Assembly: GCA_023245235.1 (NCBI GenBank)
Contig: JAHFKT010000004.1
Coordinates: forward strand, 1-52,307
DNA length: 52,307 bases
From: Candidatus Yanofskybacteria bacterium
Lineage (GTDB): Bacteria > Patescibacteriota > Minisyncoccia > 2-02-FULL-40-12 > GWA2-44-9
Direction: 5' to 3'
The notes under the pieces are model-generated. The model ran no database searches and was not told where the DNA came from. It worked only from the letters and a program-made list of their open reading frames with translations. This document shows positions 26,386 to 35,811 of this stretch, one piece after another; position 1 is the first letter of the stretch; each line of letters opens with the position of its first letter. Position numbers and translations under genes: made by a program.

Positions 26386-26751
26386 TTGAGGCTCTTCTAC
26401 GGGAGCGGGAGCCGGCTCTGGCGCAGGCGCAGCTTCCGGAGCTTTGGCGGCCGGTGCTGCGGCCACTTCGGTTTTCTTTGCACCCGGCTTCGGTTTCCAG
26501 CTGACCATCTTCGGAGCCGAGATGATCTTGTTGTTTACGAGAAGATTATTGACCGTCGGGGATGGACGGACACCTTGAGCCAGCCAGTGTTCTATCCGCT
26601 CTTTTTTAACTTTGAGGTCTTTTTTGTGCGGATCATACGAGCCTAAAAGCTCAAGGAACTCCCCTTGCGGTTTTTTGGTGTGTTCGGTGACCACGATCCT
26701 GAAATAGGCCTGGCCGCGCTTGCCGATACGTTGTAGACGCATTACTAACAT
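26380..26751 (-). CDS. rpsP: 30S ribosomal protein S16 with Ala/Pro-rich C-terminal extension
   Basis: The sequence starts MLVMRLQRIGKRGQAYFRIVV and contains LGSYDPH. The tail reads PKPGAKKTEVAAAPAAKAPEAAPAPEPAPAPVEEPQS. I set the start at 26751, downstream of its promoter. Confidence 0.88.
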   Translation of the reverse strand: MLVMRLQRIGKRGQAYFRIVVTEHTKKPQGEFLELLGSYDPHKKDLKVKKERIEHWLAQGVRPSPTVNNLLVNNKIISAPKMVSWKPKPGAKKTEVAAAPAAKAPEAAPAPEPAPAPVEEPQS

Positions 26752-26762
26752 AATGTCCCAAT

Positions 26763-26791
26763 ATGATACCAATTTTTATAAAACTTAGCAA
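26763..26791 (-). promoter_or_regulatory. rpsP promoter (TTGCTA-17-TGgTATCAT), 11 nt from the -10 to the ATG
   Basis: On the minus strand the -35 is at 26791-26786 and the -10 at 26768-26763, preceded by TGg. Confidence 0.5.
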
Positions 26792-26797
26792 GTTCCA

Positions 26798-26828
26798 CTA
26801 AAACATCCGCCAATGGCGGATGTTTTAG
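26798..26828 (-). terminator. Terminator hairpin at the end of the 117-aa ORF
   Basis: A 14-bp stem pairs ctaaaacatccgcc with ggcggatgttttag around a 3-nt loop. Confidence 0.6.
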
Positions 26829-27178
26829 TAGGCAGCCTGTTTGAGTTTTGCCGCAGTTTCGGGGTCAACACGCTGAACCATGAATATAATGTAGTCGTCC
26901 AATATCTTCCGGAATAACGGCAGGCTCTTTTGATAGAGCTCCTCCTCTGAATATTGCGCAGTAATGCTTTTTTGCAACATGGCCACCTGGTCATGTGACG
27001 GCTGAGGCTGACGTATCAGCTCCTGTTCCTCGGGTGATAAATTTCCATTGACCGATTGAAGCAAAGCAAAAGCCAGTTTTTTCTTGAAGCTTTCCAGGGC
27101 CGTTACTTTTTCGGCCTCAGAAAAACCGAGAACATCGAATACTCCGTACAATTTTTTCTTGTATTCGCCGTGGATCAT
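26825..27178 (-). CDS. Hypothetical helical protein (117 aa)
   Basis: The ORF has a plausible composition. Its ATG shares one nucleotide with the stop codon of the upstream 48-codon ORF (TGATG). I recognise no motif. Confidence 0.5.
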   Translation of the reverse strand: MIHGEYKKKLYGVFDVLGFSEAEKVTALESFKKKLAFALLQSVNGNLSPEEQELIRQPQPSHDQVAMLQKSITAQYSEEELYQKSLPLFRKILDDYIIFMVQRVDPETAAKLKQAAY

Positions 27179-27324
27179 CAGAATAGGTCGTCAAACAGAA
27201 AAGCGAAAATAAAAAGCGGGAAGAGCGGAAAAGCCAGAACGAGGTCCTTTGCTTCCCACTCCTCCTGTCGTGAATAGTTGGGAGATTTTGATTCCGTTTC
27301 TTTAGCCGGAAATTGTTCTTTCAT
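27178..27324 (-). CDS. Small ORF (48 aa) with C-terminal hydrophobic helix; not in the ORF track
   Basis: My own translation is MKEQFPAKETESKSPNYSRQEEWEAKDLVLAFPLFPLFIFAFLFDDLF. A perfect TATAAT box lies 8 nt upstream of its ATG, and its stop codon overlaps the next ATG. Confidence 0.35.
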   Translation of the reverse strand: MKEQFPAKETESKSPNYSRQEEWEAKDLVLAFPLFPLFIFAFLFDDLF

Positions 27325-27332
27325 GCTTTGCA

Positions 27333-27338
27333 ATTATA
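27333..27338 (-). promoter_or_regulatory. Consensus -10 (TATAAT) 8 nt upstream of the ATG at 27324
   Basis: The minus strand reads TTTACTctctgcatcgagggagTATAATtgcaaagcATG, with a -35-like TTTACT 16 nt upstream. Confidence 0.4.
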
Positions 27339-27361
27339 CTCCCTCGATGCAGAGAGTAAAG

Positions 27362-28048
27362 TTACCACCCCTTTTGTCGGAGCGCCGCCTCGGCGGCCTT
27401 CTGCTGGGCTTCTTGCTTGGACGGACCTTCGCCATCAGCGACAAGGTCTTTGTTCAGGTATACACCGACTTTGAAATGGCGGGCATGGTCCGGACCCCAC
27501 TCGGCCAGCACTTCGTAATTGGGCGTAACTCCGACCTTCTCCTGGGCTTTTTCCTGAAATACGCTCTTGGCATCCCGGTACAGCCGCTGTTCAATGATGC
27601 GCGGAAATTCCTTCAACACGAATGCATGGATAAACTTCGATGCCATATCGTAGCCCTGGTCAAGGTATATCGCCCCGATAAGCGCTTCCATGGCATTGGC
27701 CAGGATATATTGCCGGGCCCGGCCGGTATCTTTCGCCTCTCCCCTGGACAGCAGTATATACTCGTTCAGGTCGAAGTTCTTTGAAATATCAGAGAGCATG
27801 TTGGCATTGACCAGTGCGGCGCGCCAGTTGGTCAATTCGCCCTCGGGATTGGGGTAGTTGGCGTAGAGATACTCGGTCACGACCAGTTCCAGAACCGCAT
27901 CGCCGAGAAATTCCAGACGCTCATTGTGGTCCAGATGCCATTTGGGATTTTCGTTAAGATATGAACGATGGGTCAGCGCCTGCATGAGCAGGTCTTTATT
28001 TTTGAACGGAACCTTGATGCTTCGTTCCAGAGTAGAAATATCCGCCAT
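27362..28048 (-). CDS. rnc: Ribonuclease III
   Basis: It carries the signature ALTHRSY...NERLEFLGDAVLELVV and a C-terminal dsRBD (PDHARHFKVGVYL...GEGPSKQEAQQKAAEAAL). Confidence 0.93.
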   Translation of the reverse strand: MADISTLERSIKVPFKNKDLLMQALTHRSYLNENPKWHLDHNERLEFLGDAVLELVVTEYLYANYPNPEGELTNWRAALVNANMLSDISKNFDLNEYILLSRGEAKDTGRARQYILANAMEALIGAIYLDQGYDMASKFIHAFVLKEFPRIIEQRLYRDAKSVFQEKAQEKVGVTPNYEVLAEWGPDHARHFKVGVYLNKDLVADGEGPSKQEAQQKAAEAALRQKGW

Positions 28049-28090
28049 ACGATAGGCAAGAATGCAATCAACCAGAGATACCGAAGGTCT

Positions 28091-28600
28091 CTATGATTGA
28101 CTGTCTTCTTGCTGGTTGTTGTCTTCCGGCTCTTCGGACGCTTCTTTGTCTTTCCGCTTAGGCGAGTCATCCTTGCCCGGCTCACCGATCTCCCGATAGA
28201 TCGTGCCGAGCACGCCGTTCACGAACTTGCCCGATGAATCACCGCCGAATGACTTGGCCAGCTCAATGGCTTCGTTGATGGCAACCTTGGGCGGAACTTC
28301 CTCACGATTCCCGAATAAGAGTTCGAACAACCCGAGACGCAAAACGTTGCGATCGACGATGGCGATCTGGTCCAACGGCCATTGAGGCGCCGCTTTTTCG
28401 ATGATCTTATCTAATTCGGGAACGTGATCGATAACACCTTTGACCAGCTGAGCGATAAAAGACGGGTCATCAATGCCGGCACCGAATTCCTTGATATTGT
28501 GTTCCAATATCTCGGCGAGCATTTCATCGTGCCTGCCCTTGAAGTCCCATTCGTAAAGGGATTGCATCGCGACCGATCGAGAAAGGTGACGTGAGGCCAT
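28091..28600 (-). CDS. nusB: Transcription antitermination factor NusB with acidic/basic C-terminal tail
   Basis: The NusB fold is indicated by [27 protein letters not shown] and [13 protein letters not shown]. Confidence 0.85.
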   Translation of the reverse strand: MASRHLSRSVAMQSLYEWDFKGRHDEMLAEILEHNIKEFGAGIDDPSFIAQLVKGVIDHVPELDKIIEKAAPQWPLDQIAIVDRNVLRLGLFELLFGNREEVPPKVAINEAIELAKSFGGDSSGKFVNGVLGTIYREIGEPGKDDSPKRKDKEASEEPEDNNQQEDSQS

Positions 28601-28619
28601 CTAAAATGAATTTAAAAAC

Positions 28620-28844
28620 CTACCGGCCCTGTGAGGCCATGCGCTTTTCGCGCTTTTTTAATTCCCGAGCGAGAACATTTACCACTTCTTTGCCATTATA
28701 GAACCCGCAGAACTTGCAGACCTGGTGCGGCATGATCATTTTGCCGCAGTGACCGCATTTGACGAGCGACCGGCCCTTTAACGCCAAGTGGCTGCGACGT
28801 CGCAGCTGCTTACCCTTGGCCATATGGTGTCTTGGTACTGCCAT
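28620..28844 (-). CDS. rpmF: 50S ribosomal protein L32 (with C-terminal extension)
   Basis: The sequence starts [19 protein letters not shown] and contains a CxxC...CxxC zinc ribbon ([20 protein letters not shown]). Confidence 0.85.
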   Translation of the reverse strand: MAVPRHHMAKGKQLRRRSHLALKGRSLVKCGHCGKMIMPHQVCKFCGFYNGKEVVNVLARELKKREKRMASQGR

Positions 28845-29106
28845 TTTGAACTCGGAGGGGGCATCGAGCCGATGAGTGGCTCTCGCCACCCTTCCGACCT
28901 CGCTCGCGACGCCGCTATGCGGCTGCTCGCTCCTGCCTCCCCATTACAGATTTCAATCAAACTAGTGATGAATTGTCAGTAATTAGCTGAACTAATGCCT
29001 GACAATTAACGACTAATCGTGAAAAAAGGATACCACAAAATAAATCGTTCCGCAATAGTCCCGAAGGTCGGATTCAGCTATCAACAATTGCGGTAGAAAT
29101 GTCGAG

Positions 29107-29115
29107 TGCTAGAAT
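29107..29115 (+). promoter_or_regulatory. Extended -10 (TGcTAGAAT) 6 nt upstream of the dnaE ATG
   Basis: The sequence reads gagTGcTAGAATgaacgtATGaag. A -35-like TTGCGG (29088-29093) lies 16 nt upstream. Confidence 0.45.
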
Positions 29116-29121
29116 GAACGT

Positions 29122-32100
29122 ATGAAGTTCGTCCATCTCCACACTCATTCCCACTACTCACTCCTTGATGGACTGTCGAAGATCGATGAAATTGTCGCGC
29201 GGGCAAAGAATCTGGGGATGGAAGCGGCCGCGCTGACCGACCATGGCGTCATGTATGGCGCCATAGAGTTTTATAAGAAGGCACAGAAGGCCGGCATCAA
29301 GCCCATCATCGGCTGCGAAGTATACATGTGCGAAGATATGCACGCCCGAAGGAGCGACGATAAGCGCTATCACCTTGTGCTGCTGGCTCAGAATAACATC
29401 GGCTATAAGAATCTCGTGAAACTGGTCAGTGCCGCGCACCTTGAGGGCTATTACTACAAACCACGCATCGATAAAGAACTATTGCGGAAGCATTCGGAGG
29501 GGCTGATCGCTCTTTCGGCATGTCTTGCCGGCGAGGTCTCACGAAATATTTCATCCGGCAACTTTGAGAAAGCAAAGAAGGTCGCTCTCGAATACCAGGA
29601 CATGTTCGGTGTCGGGAATTATTTCATCGAAATACAGGAACACCCCTCAATCGACGACCAGAACCGGGTGACCCCGGAACTTATCCGCCTGGCCCAAGAG
29701 ACAGGCATCCCGATGGTCGCGACTCAAGACTCCCACTATGCTCATTCGGATGACGCGCATGCGCATGATGTATTGCTGGCGGTCCAGACCGGCAACAGCA
29801 TCGATGACAAAGACCGGCTGACGATGAAACATGATAATTTCTCACTCCTTTCTGCTGAGGAGATGTTTGAAAAGTTCAAAAAATACGGCGAGGATATTAT
29901 CACGGAGGCTATGGCCAATACCGAGCGCATCGCCCAACGATGTGATCTGAAGATCGAGCTGGGCAAAGTATTACTCCCTCACTTTCCCCTGCCGGAAGGA
30001 TTTGCGGCGGCGGATGATTATCTAAAATCACTGGTAATGACCGGGGTGGTCAAGCGATATGGAGAAAAAGCCGGTCCGGAAATATTAAAACGTGTTGATT
30101 ATGAATTGGACACTATCAAAAAAACCGGTTTTGCTTCATATTTCTTGATCGTGCAGGATTTCGTTAATTGGGCCAAACAAAACGGCATTGTCGTTGGTCC
30201 TGGCCGCGGCAGTGCCGCCGGGTCAATTGTTTCTTACTGTCTTAATATTACCAACGTCGAGCCGCTTCAATTTAATCTGCTATTTGAAAGATTTCTGAAC
30301 CCCGAGCGCATATCGATGCCTGATATTGACCTGGATTTTTCTGATACGAAGCGTCAGCAAGTACTTGATTACGTAGCTCAAAAATACGGCAAAGACCGGG
30401 TGGCACAGGTTATCACCTTCGGCACCATGGCCGCACGCGGCGGCATTCGTGATGCCGGCCGGGCGCTGGGGTTCTCTTATGATTTTTGCGACCGGGTCGC
30501 AAAAATGATCCCCAACAACCCCAACCAAAGCAAGCACGGAGTACTCAAGCACTGCGTTGAAACGATCCAGGAAGTACGCGACGCATACAACACCAATCCG
30601 GATGTCAAAAAACTTATTGATGCCGCCGCGCGGCTGGAGGGCGTGGTCCGCCACTCCTCAACCCATGCCTGCGCCGTTGTGATCACGCCCGAACCGCTGA
30701 CCGAGTATCTGCCGCTTCAGCAAGGCACTAAGGAGGGCGATATCATCACCCAGTACGAGATGCATTCCGTGGAGGACCTTGGTCTGTTGAAGATGGATTT
30801 CCTTGGACTCTCGAATCTGACTATTATTGAAGACGCTCTCAAAGAGATCAAGCGTAACTACGGCATTGATATCGATATAGACAAGATCCCTCTCGACGAC
30901 AAAAAGACGTTCAGACTTCTGCAGCAAGCCAAAACTACGGGCGTTTTCCAGCTTGAAAGTTCCGGAATGAAAAGATATCTAAAGGAACTCAAACCGACCC
31001 GGGTTGAAGATATCACCGCCATGATCGCATTGTACCGCCCCGGCCCGATAGAACTTATACCTCGATTCATTAACCGCAAGCACGGCCGTGAAAGTATCGA
31101 AAAGATTCATCCGGCTATTGATAAAACTCTTGAAAATACCTATGGCGTAATTGTATACCAGGAACAGGTTATGGATATGGCTACTCAGTTGGCAGGACTG
31201 ACGAAAGGCGAGGGCTATCTATTGGTCAAGGCCGTGGGTAAAAAAATAAAATCGCTTCTCGATGAGCAGAAAGATAAATTCATTAATGGCTGCTTAAAAA
31301 ATAATGTTCAGCCGGCTATTGCTACTCGGGTATGGGAACTCATCGAGCCGTTCGCGCGTTATGGCTTCAATAAAGCACACTCGGCTTGCTACGCGCTCAT
31401 CGGCTATCAGACAGCATATCTGAAAGCTAACTATCCCTATGAGTTCATGGCCGCATTCATGAACTCGGAGACCGGCGATGTTGAGCGCATTGCTTTCCTG
31501 ATTGAAGAATGTAAGCAGATGGGCATTGAAGTATTGGCGCCCGAGATCAACCAGAGCTTCGAAAAATTCACCGTTATTACGAACGAAGAAAAGCCCGGCA
31601 TCCGCTTCGGATTGACCGCCATTAAGAATGTAGGCGAGAATGTCGTAACAAATATCATCGCCGAGCGCCAGACCAATGGTTCCTTTAAAGACGTCGGGGA
31701 CTTTGTCGGCCGTATCCACGGCCGCGATCTGAATCGCAAATCCGTCGAGAGCCTCATCAAATGCGGAGCGCTTGATTCATTCGGCGAGCGCAACATGCTG
31801 TTATTCAATATGGAGAACCTACTCGCGTACGCCCGCGATAAAGAGAGGAACCACTCGAACGGGCAGATCAGCCTCTTCGGCGATGTTGAAACGACACTTG
31901 CGCCGATGCGCCTGGCCGATACGGCCCCGGCCGGCCGGTCAGAGAAACTGATATGGGAGAAGGAGCTGCTCGGACTTTTTGTATCCGAACACCCTCTGAG
32001 CGAGTATCAACAAACCTTGCGCCTTGAAAAGGTCACTGCAATTAAAGACGTGAACCCCAATGAGATGGGTTCGGTCAAGATCGGCGGAGTTATCACTCAG

Positions 32101-32325
32101 ACCAGAAAAATAATTACCAAGACCGGTCGGCCGATGATGTTCTCCTGGATCGAAGATCTGACCTCTAAGATCGAGATGGTAGTTTTCCCTAACGTGTTCG
32201 AAAAAAATCCTGAAGCGTTCCAGGAGAACAGTATCATCATTGCCCGCGGTAAGATCAATGACCGTGACGGCGCCCTCAAACTCCTCTGCGACGAGGTGAA
32301 AACTATCGCCATGTTGGCCGCCTAA
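29122..32325 (+). CDS. dnaE: DNA polymerase III alpha subunit
   Basis: The PHP domain reads FVHLHTHSHYSLLDG. The palm region contains ISMPDIDLDF, and there are fingers and an OB-fold C-terminus. The protein is 1067 aa. Confidence 0.95.
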   Translation: MKFVHLHTHSHYSLLDGLSKIDEIVARAKNLGMEAAALTDHGVMYGAIEFYKKAQKAGIKPIIGCEVYMCEDMHARRSDDKRYHLVLLAQNNIGYKNLVKLVSAAHLEGYYYKPRIDKELLRKHSEGLIALSACLAGEVSRNISSGNFEKAKKVALEYQDMFGVGNYFIEIQEHPSIDDQNRVTPELIRLAQETGIPMVATQDSHYAHSDDAHAHDVLLAVQTGNSIDDKDRLTMKHDNFSLLSAEEMFEKFKKYGEDIITEAMANTERIAQRCDLKIELGKVLLPHFPLPEGFAAADDYLKSLVMTGVVKRYGEKAGPEILKRVDYELDTIKKTGFASYFLIVQDFVNWAKQNGIVVGPGRGSAAGSIVSYCLNITNVEPLQFNLLFERFLNPERISMPDIDLDFSDTKRQQVLDYVAQKYGKDRVAQVITFGTMAARGGIRDAGRALGFSYDFCDRVAKMIPNNPNQSKHGVLKHCVETIQEVRDAYNTNPDVKKLIDAAARLEGVVRHSSTHACAVVITPEPLTEYLPLQQGTKEGDIITQYEMHSVEDLGLLKMDFLGLSNLTIIEDALKEIKRNYGIDIDIDKIPLDDKKTFRLLQQAKTTGVFQLESSGMKRYLKELKPTRVEDITAMIALYRPGPIELIPRFINRKHGRESIEKIHPAIDKTLENTYGVIVYQEQVMDMATQLAGLTKGEGYLLVKAVGKKIKSLLDEQKDKFINGCLKNNVQPAIATRVWELIEPFARYGFNKAHSACYALIGYQTAYLKANYPYEFMAAFMNSETGDVERIAFLIEECKQMGIEVLAPEINQSFEKFTVITNEEKPGIRFGLTAIKNVGENVVTNIIAERQTNGSFKDVGDFVGRIHGRDLNRKSVESLIKCGALDSFGERNMLLFNMENLLAYARDKERNHSNGQISLFGDVETTLAPMRLADTAPAGRSEKLIWEKELLGLFVSEHPLSEYQQTLRLEKVTAIKDVNPNEMGSVKIGGVITQTRKIITKTGRPMMFSWIEDLTSKIEMVVFPNVFEKNPEAFQENSIIIARGKINDRDGALKLLCDEVKTIAMLAA

Positions 32326-32368
32326 GCAGCTTTAAGTTTTAGCCGGTATTTGGTATCCTGAGTAATAC

Positions 32369-34090
32369 ATGGCTAAAAACATAGAACATATCCGGCACTC
32401 GCTCGCCCATCTTCTCGGTGCGGCGGTTTTGGAATTATATCCCGGCTCAAAGCTTGCCATCGGTCCGGCTATTGAAGACGGTTTTTACTACGACATCGAT
32501 ATTAAGGGTACGGTGTCCGATGCAGACCTGAAGGTCATTGAGGAGAAAATGCGGGAGATACTGAAGACGTGGAAGACCTTCGATGGCAAGGAAGTGTCTG
32601 CGAATGAGGCAAGGAAACAGTTTAAGGGGAATCCGTTCAAAGAAGAGATCATTACCGAGCTTGAAAAGAACGGCGAGAAGATAACTCTCTATACATCGGG
32701 TGACTTTACCGATCTCTGCCGCGGGGGTCACGTCGAGAATATTAAGGATATCGAACCGAAAGCATTCAAACTTTCCCGCGTTGCCGGCGCATATTGGCGC
32801 GGCAGCGAGAAGAATCCCCAACTGACCCGCATCTACGGCTTGGCCTTTACGACCAAAGATGAGCTGCAAAAACATCTGGCATTCTTAGAAGAGGTAAAAA
32901 AGCGTGATCATCGTGTTCTCGCTCAGCAGCTTGACCTATTCTCCCAGCATGACGTCTCACCCGGTGCTATTTTCTGGCATCCGAAAGGAATGGTGCTTTG
33001 GAAAGAACTGGAACGATTCATCCGTGCCAAGAACGACTATTACGGCTATGGCGAAGTTTCGACACCGGTGATGGTTAAAAAAGAACTCTATCAGACATCC
33101 GGCCACTGGGACCATTATCACGAAAATGGATTCTGGTTCGATGTCGATGAAGAAACATATGTTTTAAAACCGATGAACTGTCCGGAGGCGACACTTATCT
33201 ATTCGAACGGGCTCCGGTCATATCGCGACCTGCCGATACGATTAGCTGAACCGACGGGACGGTTGCACCGCAATGAGCTCAAGGGAACTCTTGGCGGCTT
33301 ATTCCGTGTCCGGCAGTTTACGCAGGATGACGCCCATGTCTTTTGCCGGCCGGATCAGATCGATGAAGAGGTCTCTTCCCTGCTGCAGTATACGAAAGAA
33401 GTATATGACACTTTCGGACTACCTATCAGCTTCCGTTTCGCCACCAAGCCTGATAAAGCCATGGGTGATCCGGCCTTATGGGAAAAGGCTGAAGCGGCCC
33501 TGGAGGGAGTTCTGAAAAAACTCAATATTGATTATCAGTTGAAAGCTAAGGACGGTGCGTTTTACGGCCCGAAGATCGATATTCATGCAAAGGATGCCAT
33601 CGGCCGTGAACATCAAGTTGCCACCATCCAGTTGGATTTCCAGATGCCGGAGCGGTTCAAGCTTGAGTATCACGATGCCGATGGCGGCATTCGACGTCCG
33701 GTCATGATCCACCGCGCGATCTACGGCTCGTTCGAACGATTCCTGGGAGTACTGATCGAACATTACATGGGCGCGTTCCCGCTGTGGTTGGCCCCCGTCC
33801 AGGTCGCCGTCATCACCATTTCAGAAAAACATCATCCGTGGGCGGAATCGGTCTTCGATAATCTCAAACGGTCAGGCATCCGCACCGAGCTCCATAATCA
33901 AAATGAGACGCTCGGCAAAAAGATCCGCAATGCCGAGATGCAGAAGATCCCCTACCTGTTCGTCATCGGTGATAAAGAAGTCGAGGCCCAAGCGGTTGCG
34001 GTCCGAAAGCGCGGCCGGGGTGATATGGGTTCGATGCAGCTTGAAGCGATACTCGCCGAGCTGAAAGAAGAGGTCGGAAACAAAAAGTAG
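32369..34090 (+). CDS. thrS: Threonyl-tRNA synthetase lacking the N-terminal TGS domain
   Basis: It starts directly in the editing/SAD domain (HIRHSLAHLLGAAV). The class II core (FRVRQFTQDDAHVF, RAIYGSFERF) and the anticodon-binding domain are present. It is 573 aa. Confidence 0.92.
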   Translation: MAKNIEHIRHSLAHLLGAAVLELYPGSKLAIGPAIEDGFYYDIDIKGTVSDADLKVIEEKMREILKTWKTFDGKEVSANEARKQFKGNPFKEEIITELEKNGEKITLYTSGDFTDLCRGGHVENIKDIEPKAFKLSRVAGAYWRGSEKNPQLTRIYGLAFTTKDELQKHLAFLEEVKKRDHRVLAQQLDLFSQHDVSPGAIFWHPKGMVLWKELERFIRAKNDYYGYGEVSTPVMVKKELYQTSGHWDHYHENGFWFDVDEETYVLKPMNCPEATLIYSNGLRSYRDLPIRLAEPTGRLHRNELKGTLGGLFRVRQFTQDDAHVFCRPDQIDEEVSSLLQYTKEVYDTFGLPISFRFATKPDKAMGDPALWEKAEAALEGVLKKLNIDYQLKAKDGAFYGPKIDIHAKDAIGREHQVATIQLDFQMPERFKLEYHDADGGIRRPVMIHRAIYGSFERFLGVLIEHYMGAFPLWLAPVQVAVITISEKHHPWAESVFDNLKRSGIRTELHNQNETLGKKIRNAEMQKIPYLFVIGDKEVEAQAVAVRKRGRGDMGSMQLEAILAELKEEVGNKK

Positions 34091-34092
34091 AA

Positions 34093-34117
34093 AACCGCCC
34101 GAGAGGGCGGTTCTTTG
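34093..34117. terminator. Terminator hairpin after thrS, shared with the convergent membrane gene
   Basis: The stem aaccgccc / gggcggtt has a gaga loop and is followed by ctttg. Confidence 0.6.
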
Positions 34118-34127
34118 ACCAAAACTA

Positions 34128-34688
34128 CTAGTGGTACATGTGCCACCAAAAGTTCGAAACGAATGCGTTCTTTATCGCATCACCCAGCATCATCACCATC
34201 AGCCCCCTGTGCCAATTTGAGGCCCGGCAGAAGATGACGGCCGGAAACCAGGTGAAAGCCGAGAGGTAAGGGATGACATTGAACGGAAGTATGAAGACGG
34301 CGATATAACGGACAACCAGGCCCACTCTTTCCATCCCGTTAATGAAACGCCGGTTTGTGGCATTCTCAGTGCTCATACCGTGAAACCAACTGATGATACT
34401 CCTGATGAGTCCGACATGCTGCAGATATTCATATTTCTTACCGAAGAACAGGGCTGAGCTTTCGATAAGTTTCGAGTGCTCGGCAAATTTCCAAAAATGC
34501 CCTACCAGGTAGTACCAGTAGAGAATGCCGGAGATACCGAGGCAGATGTCGATAGCCGCCAATTGGCGGTACGAATGGACCAGGTGCCAATGCAGAAGGG
34601 CATTGGGAACCGGAACCTCAACATTGAGCAGAAATACAACGGGGATTAAAAAAAACGGCCATATTCGTGGCTTTTCCGCATCGGCCAT
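34128..34688 (-). CDS. Hypothetical polytopic membrane protein
   Basis: It has 5-6 hydrophobic segments rich in W, H and F. I moved the start to MADAEKPRIW (34688) to avoid overlap with miaA. Confidence 0.55.
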   Translation of the reverse strand: MADAEKPRIWPFFLIPVVFLLNVEVPVPNALLHWHLVHSYRQLAAIDICLGISGILYWYYLVGHFWKFAEHSKLIESSALFFGKKYEYLQHVGLIRSIISWFHGMSTENATNRRFINGMERVGLVVRYIAVFILPFNVIPYLSAFTWFPAVIFCRASNWHRGLMVMMLGDAIKNAFVSNFWWHMYH

Positions 34689-34726
34689 CTTGTAAATGAG
34701 CGTTGTTTCATAGTATCGTATTGGCC

Positions 34727-35626
34727 ATGAAAGGCAAGCCAAAAATCATCGTCATCGTCGGCCCGACCGCATCGGGAAAATCCGGCCTGGCAATCCGGTT
34801 GGCGCAAAAATTCAATGGTGAGATCATCTCCGCCGACAGTCGGCAGGTCTACCGGGGCATGAACATCGGCACCGGGAAAGTTTCCACGCGCGAACTCCGG
34901 CTTATCCCCCATCACCTGATCAACGTAATAAGTCCGAAGAAGGAGTTCACCGCCGCTGATTTCAAATCGCGCGCAAATCGCGCGATTGCCGACATCAGTG
35001 TCCGGGGCAAGCTGCCCATCATCGTCGGCGGTACCGGATTTTATATTGATGCTCTCGTATATGATCTGAGTCTTCCGGATGTCCCGCCTGATAAGCGCCT
35101 GCGCGCGAAACTCGAGAAACAAACAGCGGAACAATTGTTCGCACAGTTAAAGAAGCTGGATCTTCGACGGGCGAGAACGATCGACCGGCACAATAAGCAC
35201 CGGCTGATCCGCGCCCTTGAGATCATCAGGACCATCGGCCGGGTCCCGGAGATCTCTAAGAATTCCGACTTCGACGTTCTTTGGATCGGCCTGAACCCAA
35301 AAGACCTCGAGCGGCGTATCAGGATCCGGCTCGATCAACGCCTCCGGCAGGGCATGATCCGAGAAGTTCAAAAGCTCCACAAATCCGGAATTTCATACAA
35401 GCGGTTCCACGACTTCGGGCTTGAATACCGTTGGATCTCTGAGTATCTGAAGGGCAAGCTTTCAAAAACTGAAATGAAAAATGGCCTCGGTACGGCCATT
35501 CGTCAATATTCCAAACGCCAGATGACGTGGTTCAAACGCAATAAAGATATCCGCTGGATCAAAAACCTGACCGAAGCTACGCGGCTTGGTCGCGCTTTTC
35601 TACGGTTCCCTCAACCTCTTCACTAA
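34727..35626 (+). CDS. miaA: tRNA dimethylallyltransferase
   Basis: The P-loop reads IIVIVGPTASGKSGLAI. Other motifs are ISADSRQVYRGMNIGT and YSKRQMTWFK. I set the start at the ATG at 34727 (MKGKPKII). Confidence 0.9.
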   Translation: MKGKPKIIVIVGPTASGKSGLAIRLAQKFNGEIISADSRQVYRGMNIGTGKVSTRELRLIPHHLINVISPKKEFTAADFKSRANRAIADISVRGKLPIIVGGTGFYIDALVYDLSLPDVPPDKRLRAKLEKQTAEQLFAQLKKLDLRRARTIDRHNKHRLIRALEIIRTIGRVPEISKNSDFDVLWIGLNPKDLERRIRIRLDQRLRQGMIREVQKLHKSGISYKRFHDFGLEYRWISEYLKGKLSKTEMKNGLGTAIRQYSKRQMTWFKRNKDIRWIKNLTEATRLGRAFLRFPQPLH

Positions 35627-35810
35627 GCCGCTTCAAGCGCTCCCCCTCGGGAATGTTTCTGAGATTCTGCTGCTGTCGCTCCCGAGCCAGCTCTGATTCC
35701 CGGGCCGCTTCCCGGCGAGACCGCTCGATATTCTCGGCTGTCTTGGCTTTTTCCCAGCCCATCTCACGATTACTGCCCCAATTCGCCAGTTTTGCAAAAA
35801 AATTTTTCAT
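35577..35810 (-). CDS. Hypothetical charged coiled-coil protein (77 aa)
   Basis: It starts 1 nt after the gatB stop codon (TAAcATG). It is E/R/K-rich. It overlaps the convergent miaA 3' end by 50 nt. Confidence 0.4.
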   Translation of the reverse strand: MKNFFAKLANWGSNREMGWEKAKTAENIERSRREAARESELARERQQQNLRNIPEGERLKRLSEEVEGTVEKRDQAA

Positions 35811-35811
35811 G

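Noticed and set aside
28871-28982. Plus-strand 36-codon ORF ([19 protein letters not shown]...) with a GGAGG 12 nt upstream, antisense to the rpmF leader.
   Set aside because: The product is short and low-complexity, with no terminator or promoter context. Most genes here lack Shine-Dalgarno sequences, so the GGAGG is more plausibly part of RNA structure.
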